64,000 nucleotides of DNA from Gammaproteobacteria bacterium (lineage in GTDB: Bacteria; Pseudomonadota; Gammaproteobacteria; Steroidobacterales; Foliamicaceae). The stretch spans positions 2,026-66,025 of the forward strand of contig JAPPHC010000012.1 of NCBI GenBank assembly GCA_028821145.1, written 5' to 3'. A program made the position numbers and the translations under genes. How positions within the stretch are numbered: position 1 is the first letter of the stretch; the number at the start of each line of letters is the position of its first letter. Shown piece by piece: positions 51,964 through 60,164 of the stretch. The notes beneath the pieces were generated by a model. That model saw nothing but the letters and a program-made list of their open reading frames with translations. It searched no databases and was not told where the DNA came from.

Positions 51964-53242
51964 GGTCCCGAATTGTACGGTCGGCGCGCCCGCGCAGCAC
52001 GCGCGGAAGTTCCTCGATCGGGATATCCTCTTGTTCGCCTTCCTCGCGCAGGTCCTTCAGGCCAACGGTTCCCGCGTCCAGCTCCCTCTCGCCGATGACC
52101 AATGCGTAGCGTGCTCCGGAACGGCTTGCGTGGCGCATCTGGGCTTTGACGTTGCCCCCGCCGCAGTGCATCTGCACGGGCAGGCCCGGGCACTCGTTCC
52201 TCAGCTTCTCGGCGAGTTTCAGACCCGCCTGACGCACGTCGCTGCCGCCCAGCAGGACCAGGTAAGCGCCTTCGGCCTCGGCGGATTCCGAAAGGCGGGC
52301 GAGTTCCAGCACGCGTTCGACCCCCATTGCCCATCCGATTGCGGGCGTCGGCGGTCCGCCCAGTTGCTCCACAAGCCCGTCATAGCGCCCCCCGGCGCAC
52401 ACTGCGTTCTGCGCTCCCAGCCGGTCGGTCAGAAACTCGAACACGGTCCTGCTGTAGTAGTCCAGACCCCTCACCAGGCGGGGATTGACGCGGAAATCCA
52501 GCCCGATTGCGGTCAGCAGCGTTTGCAGTTCGGCGAAGTGATCGGCGGATTCCGGCCCGAGAAATTCGGACACCTCCGGGGCCTCGCCGATCAGAGCGGC
52601 CATCTCCGGGTTGCGGCTGTCGAGTATGCGCAGGGGATTCCTGTCCAGCCGGCTGCGGCTGTCGGCGTCCAGCGACTGGATGTGATCCCCGAAGTACTCC
52701 CTCAGGCGGTCCCGGTACGCCGCACGGCAGCGGGGACCGCCTAGGCTGTTGAGTTCCAGCACAATGCCGCTCACTCCCAGCCTGGCGAAGATGCGCGCGG
52801 CCAGCGCGATCAGCTCCGCGTCGATGTCCGGCCCCGCGAATCCGATGGCCTCCGCGTCGAACTGGTGGAACTGCCGGAGTCGCCCGCGTTGCGGCCGCTC
52901 ACGGCGAAACATCGGTCCGGCGCACCAGACGCGATGGCGGCCGCGGTGCAGGCCGTGCTCCAGCGCCGCCCGGACGATACCGGCGGTCGCTTCCGGACGC
53001 AGGCTGATGACCCGGCCCTTGCTCCCCTCGGTCGTATACATTTCCTTCTGCACGATGTCGGTGTCCTCGCCCACCGAGCGAAGGTAGAGTTCGGCGTGTT
53101 CCAGGAGCGGAACGCGAAATTCGCGGTAGCCGTGCTCCTCCAGCGTTCCGATGACGATCCCCTCGGCGCTGCGCCAGACGGCGGCATCCTCCGGGAGAAG
53201 GTCGCGAACGCCTCGGACCGATTGAATGGATTTTCCCGGCAT
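51956..53242 (-). CDS. hisS: Histidine--tRNA ligase
   Basis: LRPEATA, ERPQRGRLRQFHQ, RGLDYY and GGRYDGL motifs. Confidence 0.97.
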   Translation of the reverse strand: MPGKSIQSVRGVRDLLPEDAAVWRSAEGIVIGTLEEHGYREFRVPLLEHAELYLRSVGEDTDIVQKEMYTTEGSKGRVISLRPEATAGIVRAALEHGLHRGRHRVWCAGPMFRRERPQRGRLRQFHQFDAEAIGFAGPDIDAELIALAARIFARLGVSGIVLELNSLGGPRCRAAYRDRLREYFGDHIQSLDADSRSRLDRNPLRILDSRNPEMAALIGEAPEVSEFLGPESADHFAELQTLLTAIGLDFRVNPRLVRGLDYYSRTVFEFLTDRLGAQNAVCAGGRYDGLVEQLGGPPTPAIGWAMGVERVLELARLSESAEAEGAYLVLLGGSDVRQAGLKLAEKLRNECPGLPVQMHCGGGNVKAQMRHASRSGARYALVIGERELDAGTVGLKDLREEGEQEDIPIEELPRVLRGRADRTIRDHG

Positions 53243-53288
53243 GCGCCGCCTCCGGCCTGGCCTGGAACCCGCTGGCGCCGGTTCGGAA

Positions 53289-53702
53289 TCAGTCCGAGAA
53301 CCAGCCAAGCACCATGTCGCCCCAGAATTGATAGGCGATCAGGCACAGCGCCGTAGCGACCAGGATCCAGGTAACCAGCTTCAGGCGTCCCCAGCGCTGG
53401 ACCCGGGACGGCGCCAGGCCGACTTTTGCGGGAAGACGGTCCCAATCCGGGTACTTGCGCCGGTAGTCGGATATCAGTTCTTCCGCGTTGATCTTGAGAA
53501 GCTTGCAGTAACAGCGCAAATGTCCCACGACGTGCGCATGGGCGCCGAACATCTCGATCTGCCCCGCCTCCAGCGCACTGACGGCATCGGTCGACAGCCG
53601 AAGCTCCTGGGCGACGTCCTCAACCGTGATCATCTGCGCCCGGCGGGCGGATTGCAGCCGCTCGCCGTAGGAACCGGCCGGATTCTGGGTCGTTTCTGCC
53701 AT
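53289..53702 (-). CDS. rodZ: Short RodZ-like protein (HTH plus TM, no periplasmic domain)
   Basis: GERLQSARRA...VAQELRLS...LEAG...GHLRCYCKLL HTH, then a TM helix, then stop. Confidence 0.78.
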   Translation of the reverse strand: MAETTQNPAGSYGERLQSARRAQMITVEDVAQELRLSTDAVSALEAGQIEMFGAHAHVVGHLRCYCKLLKINAEELISDYRRKYPDWDRLPAKVGLAPSRVQRWGRLKLVTWILVATALCLIAYQFWGDMVLGWFSD

Positions 53703-53719
53703 CTCAACAATTCTCCTGA

Positions 53720-54256
53720 TCAATTCTGCGCCACCAGTCGCTCCAGCAGCAATTGTGCCTCGACATGACGGGGATCGAGCGCAAGCGCGCGCCGAAACCA
53801 CTCCGCCGCGCTGTTCCTGTCCAGCGGCAGTTCGCACACGCCACAGTTGGCGTAGACGGCCGCGCGGCGAATTCCGACGGCTTCCCGGGCAGCCCGTTCG
53901 AGCAGCCTGAGGCCCTCTTGCGGCTTGTCGGCCCGGCGGCACTGGAAAACGCCCAGACTGTTGAGCGCCTCGACGTCGCGCGGCGCCAGCCGGACGGCGC
54001 GCCGGTAATGCCGTTCGGCCCGCTCCAGGTCTTCCAGGCGCTCGTAGGCCATGCCCAGAACGCGGTGGGCCTCCGATGAACGGGGATCCTGGCGCGTGGC
54101 CCGCAGCAGCTTTTCGCGGGCCAGTTCCAGGCGGCCCTGGGCCAGGTAGGTCGCGCCCAGTTCGAGGTTCAGGGCCGACGCATCGGGACCGGCCTCCAGG
54201 CCCGCCTGACATCCGGCCGTCAGCAGGGCCGCGGCCATGAACCACAGCAGCCTCAT
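53720..54256 (-). CDS. PilW/PilF-like TPR lipoprotein (short)
   Basis: Lipobox LTAGC, LELGATYL and LNSLGVFQC TPRs, position between rlmN and rodZ. Confidence 0.78.
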   Translation of the reverse strand: MRLLWFMAAALLTAGCQAGLEAGPDASALNLELGATYLAQGRLELAREKLLRATRQDPRSSEAHRVLGMAYERLEDLERAERHYRRAVRLAPRDVEALNSLGVFQCRRADKPQEGLRLLERAAREAVGIRRAAVYANCGVCELPLDRNSAAEWFRRALALDPRHVEAQLLLERLVAQN

Positions 54257-55383
54257 GCGCGCGCGCTCATTCCGGCCGGAACGCTCCTGCCGTTCAGCAC
54301 CGTTCCCCGCAACTGGCCGCAGGCTGCGTCGATGTCGTCGCCGCGGGTCTTGCGCGTGATGGTCATGATGCCGGCGTCGAGCAGGACCTGGCGGAAGCGG
54401 TCGATGACGTCGCGCGGCGAGCACTTGAATGGGGCGCCTTCCACCCGGTTATAGGGTATGAGATTCAGTTTGGCCGGCCGGTCACGAAGAAGTTTCGCCA
54501 GGGCCCTGGCCTGGTGGGGCTGGTCATTGACGCCGTCGAGCATGACGTACTCGAACGTGATTTCACGGCTCTCCGTCTCCCGGGCATAGTTCCAGCAGGC
54601 ATCGAGCAATGGCCCAAGGGGATAGCGTTTGTTGAGCGGGACCAGGAAATTGCGCAGTTCATCGTCCGGCGCATGCAGCGACAGGGCCAGGGCGACGCGT
54701 GACACCGCCGCGAGCTTGCGGATGCGCGGCGTAATGCCGCTGGTGCTCAAGGTCACCCGCCGCCGCGAGAGTCCCAGGCCCAGGTGATCGACGAACACCG
54801 ACGCGGCGCGCACGACCTCGCGGAAATTCGCCAGCGGCTCCCCCATCCCCATGAACACGATATTGGTGATTGCCCTCTCTCCGGCCCCGATCTCCCGGCG
54901 CGCGACCAGGACCTGGGCCACGATTTCCGCGGCGCTCAGGTTCCGGTTGAAGCCCATCTGTCCGGTTGCGCAGAACGGGCAGTTGACCGCGCAGCCGACC
55001 TGCGAGGATACGCACAGAGAGCCGCGGGCGCGCTCGGGAATGAATACCGTTTCGATGACCTGCCCGCCACCTGCGTCCAGCAGCCACTTGCGCGTTCCGT
55101 CAGCCGAGCGCTCATGCCGCAGCACGTTCGGAAGGACCAGGCCGGCCGTCCGCCCCAGCGATTCGCGCAGCGACAGGGTCATGTCCGTCATCCTGCGCGG
55201 CTCCAGTTCGCCGCGGTGGTAGAGCCACCGCATGAGCTGGCGGGCGCGGAATGCCGCCTCGCCCCGCGACACGAACCACTCTTCCAGTTCGTCCCGCGGC
55301 AAACCCAGCAGTGAAACGGCGCCCGCTTCCCTGTTCACTGGTGTCGTGTCATGCCCGCTGGCGCCAAGGCATTTGTGAGACAC
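54253..55383 (-). CDS. rlmN: 23S rRNA/tRNA m2A methyltransferase RlmN (true start may be GTG 55338)
   Basis: CVSSQVGCAVNCPFC, MGMGEPL and DAACGQL motifs. Confidence 0.95.
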   Translation of the reverse strand: MSHKCLGASGHDTTPVNREAGAVSLLGLPRDELEEWFVSRGEAAFRARQLMRWLYHRGELEPRRMTDMTLSLRESLGRTAGLVLPNVLRHERSADGTRKWLLDAGGGQVIETVFIPERARGSLCVSSQVGCAVNCPFCATGQMGFNRNLSAAEIVAQVLVARREIGAGERAITNIVFMGMGEPLANFREVVRAASVFVDHLGLGLSRRRVTLSTSGITPRIRKLAAVSRVALALSLHAPDDELRNFLVPLNKRYPLGPLLDACWNYARETESREITFEYVMLDGVNDQPHQARALAKLLRDRPAKLNLIPYNRVEGAPFKCSPRDVIDRFRQVLLDAGIMTITRKTRGDDIDAACGQLRGTVLNGRSVPAGMSARA

Positions 55384-55388
55384 AACAC

Positions 55389-55811
55389 TTAGTGCGGATG
55401 CAGTTCGGCGCGCCGGAAGAAAAAGTCGATTTCCTCGCCGGCCGTCCCGGGGCCGTCCGACCCGTGAACCACATTGCGCTCCACGCTCTCGCCGAAGTCG
55501 GCGCGCACCGTGCCCCGGGCGGCGTCGGCCGGATTGGTGGCGCCCATCAACTCGCGATTGCGGTCAATCGCGTCTACACCTTCCAGGACCTGGACCATGA
55601 CCGGGCCGGAGGTCATGTAGGCCACCAGGTCGTCGTAGAAAGGACGTTCGCAATGCACGCGGTAGAACTCCCGGGCCTGCTGGTCGTCGAGGTGCAGCAT
55701 GCGGGCGGCTATGACCTTGAGGCCCGCGTCCGCGAACCGCTTGTATATCTCTCCGATCAGGCCTTGCGCAACGCCGTCCGGCTTGATGATCGAAAGGGTT
55801 CGCTGGCTCAT
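55389..55811 (-). CDS. ndk: Nucleoside-diphosphate kinase
   Basis: RTLSIIKPD and NVVHGSD motifs. Confidence 0.97.
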   Translation of the reverse strand: MSQRTLSIIKPDGVAQGLIGEIYKRFADAGLKVIAARMLHLDDQQAREFYRVHCERPFYDDLVAYMTSGPVMVQVLEGVDAIDRNRELMGATNPADAARGTVRADFGESVERNVVHGSDGPGTAGEEIDFFFRRAELHPH

Positions 55812-56131
55812 ACGGTAAAGCTTTCGCCGCAGCCGCACTCGCCGGTCGCGTTCGGGTTGGTGAAGACAAACTGCTCGTTCAGGTCCTTCTGCACGAAGTC
55901 CACCTCGGTCCCTTCCAGCAGTGGCAGGCTCTCGCGCGCCACGACGATGTTCAGGTCGTTCTGGCGCATCACCACGTCGTCCCGTCCCACCTCATCGGCG
56001 TAATCCAGCACATACGAGTAGCCGGAGCAACCCGTCTCCGTAACGCCCACGCGGAGGCCCACGCCGCTGCCGCGGCGTTGCAGGTATTCCAGCACCCTCG
56101 CCTCGGCGCGGGATGTAAGGCGCAAGCTCAT
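55808..56131 (-). CDS. iscA: A-type Fe-S carrier IscA
   Basis: TGCSGYSY and CGCGESF motifs. Confidence 0.93.
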   Translation of the reverse strand: MSLRLTSRAEARVLEYLQRRGSGVGLRVGVTETGCSGYSYVLDYADEVGRDDVVMRQNDLNIVVARESLPLLEGTEVDFVQKDLNEQFVFTNPNATGECGCGESFTV

Positions 56132-56159
56132 CGGTCTACCTCACAGTCAATCCAGGAAA

Positions 56160-57638
56160 TCAATTATCCCCGCCCCGCAGGCAGGCTTGCAAGGCGTCGC
56201 GGGCGCAAAGCAGCAGCGAGCGTGCCTCGGGCGGCGGCTTGAGTTCCTCGTTCAGTCGCGCGGTCCATTCGTCCAAGGCCAATCGCCGGCCGGACGATTT
56301 CAGCGCCGTGGCGCCGTTACGGGCGGCGGCCGCCAGTATCGGCGGACCCAGCACGCGAAATGCCGTCTCGACCACCTCGTCACCGTTCCAGCGCGCTTCC
56401 AGGCGTATCCAGTCGCCGGCGTTCCGCCGGCCGGCCTGGCCCAGGGTGACGAATCCGGAGCCGGCGGCCAAAGCTGGTTTTTCGTCCGATAGAGCACGCA
56501 AGCGGGCAACTGCTCTTCCAAATATCCCGCTAACCTGGTCGATTTCCTGCTCCGTGCTGAAGCGCCCCAGGCTGAACCGGATCGTGCTTCCGGCCAGAAG
56601 CGGGGGCCGCCCAAGGCAGCGCAGGACGGCGGACGGCTCGTCCTGCGTCCTGGAACAGGCCGAACCCAATGAGAAAACGACGCCCTCAAGCGCGTCCACC
56701 AGGCTGCTGCCCTCCACGTCCTCGACGCTGACGCTGAGAATCCCGGGCGCCATCTCCGCGCCGGCGCCATTCAGCACCACGCCTCCGACTGTCCTGAGGC
56801 CCTGCCATAGCCGCTCGCGCAGCGCGGCGACCCGCCGGCTCTCCTCTTCCATGTCCCTGCCGGCAATCTCGCAGGCGGCGCCCAACCCTGCAACCTGGTG
56901 CGTCGGCAAGGTGCCGGGGCGCAGCGAGCGTTGCTGCCCTCCGCCGAACAGCAGCGGCTCGATTCGCGGGATTCGCTCGCGGTTGATGCACAAGGCCCCT
57001 GCCCCCTTCGGTCCGTACATCTTGTGCGCCGTAAGGGACAGCAGATCGATGCGCTGCCGGCGCATATTCAGCGGAAGCTTGCCCGCGCTCTGGGCCGCGT
57101 CCACGTGCAGCCATGCTCCATGTTCCGCGCAGAGCCTGCCGAATTCCGCAACGTCCTGAACGACGCCGATTTCGTTGTTCACGTGCATAAGCGACACCAG
57201 TACGGTGTCGGGGCGCAACGCGGCGCGCAGGGCCTCAACCGTGACCACCCCCCCTGAATCCGGTTCCAGGCAGGTCACGTCAAAACCTTCGTTCCGCAAT
57301 GCAAGGCACGATTTGAGGCCTGCCGGATGCTCGCTCAGGCCGGTAATGATGTGACGCCCGTGCCGCGATCGATAACGGGCCGCACCGATCACCCCCAGTC
57401 CGATGGACTCGGTCGCGCCCGAGGTGAAGATGACCTCCCCGCCCGACAGGCCCACCAGAGCGCCCACCTGCGCCGCCGATTCGGCGATCAGTTTTGCCGC
57501 CTCGGTCCCACCCGCGTGCTGAGCGGATGGATTTGCGTGAGGCCCGGCCAGGAGCAGCCGGCCCATGCGCTCGGCCACGCGCGGATCCACCGGCGCGGAG
57601 GCGGCGTAGTCCAGGTAGATCGGCGCGGCGGGAGGCAT
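56160..57638 (-). CDS. iscS: Cysteine desulfurase IscS fused to a C-terminal degenerate IscU-like domain
   Basis: IYLDYAA, HVDAAQ, AHKMYGPKG (PLP Lys) and GSACS (catalytic Cys); extra ~97 aa aligns by eye to IscU. Confidence 0.88.
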   Translation of the reverse strand: MPPAAPIYLDYAASAPVDPRVAERMGRLLLAGPHANPSAQHAGGTEAAKLIAESAAQVGALVGLSGGEVIFTSGATESIGLGVIGAARYRSRHGRHIITGLSEHPAGLKSCLALRNEGFDVTCLEPDSGGVVTVEALRAALRPDTVLVSLMHVNNEIGVVQDVAEFGRLCAEHGAWLHVDAAQSAGKLPLNMRRQRIDLLSLTAHKMYGPKGAGALCINRERIPRIEPLLFGGGQQRSLRPGTLPTHQVAGLGAACEIAGRDMEEESRRVAALRERLWQGLRTVGGVVLNGAGAEMAPGILSVSVEDVEGSSLVDALEGVVFSLGSACSRTQDEPSAVLRCLGRPPLLAGSTIRFSLGRFSTEQEIDQVSGIFGRAVARLRALSDEKPALAAGSGFVTLGQAGRRNAGDWIRLEARWNGDEVVETAFRVLGPPILAAAARNGATALKSSGRRLALDEWTARLNEELKPPPEARSLLLCARDALQACLRGGDN

Positions 57639-57740
57639 CGGATTGATCGACTCAAAATGACCGGTTTATGGGCCCTTAGGATACCAACAGGAACGCATTA
57701 GAATAGAGTCCCGGGACAGGGCAACGCGCGGAGAATCAGC

Positions 57741-58334
57741 GTGCAGGTATTTGATCTCGTAGAGCGGGGAGCCAGGGCCGCCAATGAACCGAATCCCGGC
57801 GCCGCCATGCACGGCATGCTGACCGGATTGCGTGAACGGCTCGACGACGTGAGCGAGGCGCTGGACTTCTGCGGCTGCGGCGAGGAGACGGACACCCCCG
57901 ACCGCCAGATCTTCTACCGCTCCCCCAACCTCCTGATGATGCGCGTTTGTTTCTGCCCCGGTCTTCGCACCCCGCCGCATGATCATTCGACCTGGGCGGC
58001 GATACTGATGCTCAGCGGCAGCGAACGGAACATTCTGTACCGCCGATGCGCCCGGCATGGGCTGGAGAGGACCGGCGAAGTCATGCTCAAGCCCGGTTCG
58101 ATCTTCCGAATGAACGAGGATACGATCCACGTGGCCGAATGCGCGACCGACGAGCCGGCCATTGCACTGCACGTGTACGGCGGTGATCTGGATTACCTTC
58201 CGCGGCGCATGTGGCATCCGCATACGCTTGAGGAATTCCCCATGAAGATTGGCCACTACCAGGAATTGTCGGTTATTGCCTCAAACGATTTGCACGCTCC
58301 CCTGGCCGTCCCGCCGATTGCCGCCTCCGCCTGA
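57741..58334 (+). CDS. Cysteine/thiol dioxygenase-like cupin
   Basis: TPPHDH..WA...SGSERN, IH and ALHVYGGD (3-His cupin pattern); GGAGA before the GTG. Confidence 0.75.
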   Translation: MQVFDLVERGARAANEPNPGAAMHGMLTGLRERLDDVSEALDFCGCGEETDTPDRQIFYRSPNLLMMRVCFCPGLRTPPHDHSTWAAILMLSGSERNILYRRCARHGLERTGEVMLKPGSIFRMNEDTIHVAECATDEPAIALHVYGGDLDYLPRRMWHPHTLEEFPMKIGHYQELSVIASNDLHAPLAVPPIAASA

Positions 58335-58433
58335 CACCCCGAGAGCGCCGTTTCACCGCCCCGCCGGCCGCGGCCGGCAGGGGCCAATACCCCGCAGCAA
58401 CGATCCCGCCCTGGAAATACCCGGTCCAGCACG

Positions 58434-59219
58434 ATGATGCCCCTGCTCAATACCGCGACCGCGGCCGCCCGGCGGGCCGGAGACATGGCCCTGCGCTACG
58501 CCGATCGGATCGAGCAGCTTACGGTGCGCAGCAAGAGTCCGAACGAACTCGTGACGGAGGTCGACGAGGCCGCCGAACGGATCATCATGGAACACATTCG
58601 CACCGGCTACCCCGACCACGCGTTTCTCGGCGAGGAGGGCGGCGCGAGCGGTTCCGGCGACTACGAATGGATCATCGACCCGCTTGACGGCACGACCAAC
58701 TACATCCATCGCTTCCCGGTGTTCTGCGTGTCCCTGGCGTTGCGCCGCAGGGGCGAACTGCAGCTCGGCGTGATTTACGACCCAATGCGACAGGAAATGT
58801 TCACCTGCACACGCGGAGGAGGAGCGAGGATGAACGAGCGGCGCATCCGGGCCAGTCGCCAGGAGACCCTTGCCGGAAGCCTGATCGGCACCGGCTTCCC
58901 CTATCGCCGCAACCTTCAATGGGTGGACGTCTATATGCGCATGTTGCGCCAGGTCATGCGCCACACCTCCGGAGTGCGGCGGCCCGGCGCGGCGGCGCTG
59001 GACCTGGCCTACGTCGCGGCGGGACGCCTGGACGGCTTCTGGGAATTCGGACTGAAGCCCTGGGACATCGCGGCCGGGGCCCTGCTCATCGAGGAGGCGG
59101 GAGGCTGGATATCGGGGCTGGAACCGGACACGGACTGCATGGAGACGGGCCATGTGCTGGCGGGCACCCCCAAAGTCTACGCGGAACTCAGAAAGCTATT
59201 CGACAAGAACTTCGGATAG
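58434..59219 (+). CDS. suhB: Inositol monophosphatase / Nus factor SuhB
   Basis: WIIDPLDGTTNY and WDIAAG motifs. Confidence 0.94.
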   Translation: MMPLLNTATAAARRAGDMALRYADRIEQLTVRSKSPNELVTEVDEAAERIIMEHIRTGYPDHAFLGEEGGASGSGDYEWIIDPLDGTTNYIHRFPVFCVSLALRRRGELQLGVIYDPMRQEMFTCTRGGGARMNERRIRASRQETLAGSLIGTGFPYRRNLQWVDVYMRMLRQVMRHTSGVRRPGAAALDLAYVAAGRLDGFWEFGLKPWDIAAGALLIEEAGGWISGLEPDTDCMETGHVLAGTPKVYAELRKLFDKNFG

Positions 59220-59222
59220 TGC

Positions 59223-60164
59223 TCAGGTCACGGCCCCGTCGTTGGCGGTTTCCTTCTTCGGCGGCAGCAGGTCCGCCGTGCTCACGTTGAGCGCCAGCGC
59301 GGTATTCCCCGCGACGTAAATGGAGGAGTAGGTTCCCACCACGACGCCGATGATCAGGGCCGAGGAAAACCCCTTCAGGGCCTCTCCTCCGAACAGGAAC
59401 AACGCAATGAGGACAAGCAGCGTGGTCAGGCTGGTGATGACGGTGCGGCCGAGCATCTGGTTGACGGAAGTGTTCATCACGGCTTGCGCGTTGCTGGTGC
59501 GTATCCTCCGGAAATTCTCGCGTATACGGTCGAACACGACGATCGTGTCGTTGAGCGAATAGCCGATCACGGCCAGCGCCGCCGCCAGGATGGTGAGATC
59601 GAACGGCAACTGGAACAGGGAGAAGATACCGAGGATGATGATCACGTCGTGCGCCAGCGCCGCTACCGAACCTACGGCGAATTTCCACTGGAAGCGGAAC
59701 ATGACGTAAAGCAGGATCATCAGCAGGGCGAAAAGAACCGCGAGGCCACCGCGCTCGGTGAGTTCCTGACCCACCTGGGGCCCCACGAACTCGACGCGGC
59801 GCAGGTCCACCTGCTCGCCGCCGGCACGCAGCACGCCCAGCAACTCCTCCCCCACTCCCTCCGCATCGATGGTCTCGCGCGGCGGAATCCGAATCAGCAC
59901 GTCGCGGGCTGCGCCGAAGTTCTGCACCTGGGCGTCGGCGTAACCGGCCGCCGCCAGGTCCGATCGAATCTGTCCGAGGTCGGCGTCCGCCCGGTAGCCG
60001 ACTTCCAGCAGGACGCCGCCGGTGAAATCGATGCCCAGGTTGAGCTGCCGCGTAGCCAGCGAGCCCAACGAAACGAGCACCAGGACCACGGACAGAATGG
60101 TGGCGATCCGGCGTTGGCCGAAGAAGTCGATTTCGCGGCGGAGACGCAGCAGTTCCATGGTCAC
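59223..60164 (-). CDS. secF: Protein translocase subunit SecF
   Basis: GIDFTGG and GYSLNDTIVVFDRIREN motifs. Confidence 0.97.
   Translation of the reverse strand: MTMELLRLRREIDFFGQRRIATILSVVLVLVSLGSLATRQLNLGIDFTGGVLLEVGYRADADLGQIRSDLAAAGYADAQVQNFGAARDVLIRIPPRETIDAEGVGEELLGVLRAGGEQVDLRRVEFVGPQVGQELTERGGLAVLFALLMILLYVMFRFQWKFAVGSVAALAHDVIIILGIFSLFQLPFDLTILAAALAVIGYSLNDTIVVFDRIRENFRRIRTSNAQAVMNTSVNQMLGRTVITSLTTLLVLIALFLFGGEALKGFSSALIIGVVVGTYSSIYVAGNTALALNVSTADLLPPKKETANDGAVT

Noticed and set aside
57642..57669. Relic IscR/Rrf2 operator upstream of iscS (ATAAACCGGTCATTTTGAGTCGATCAAT on the minus strand)
   Set aside because: Only one half-site resembles the type 1 IscR motif and the symmetry is weak.
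58358..58385. GC palindrome GCCGGCCGCGGCCGGC after the cupin gene
   Set aside because: Probably an ordinary terminator-like hairpin; single copy and no U-tract.
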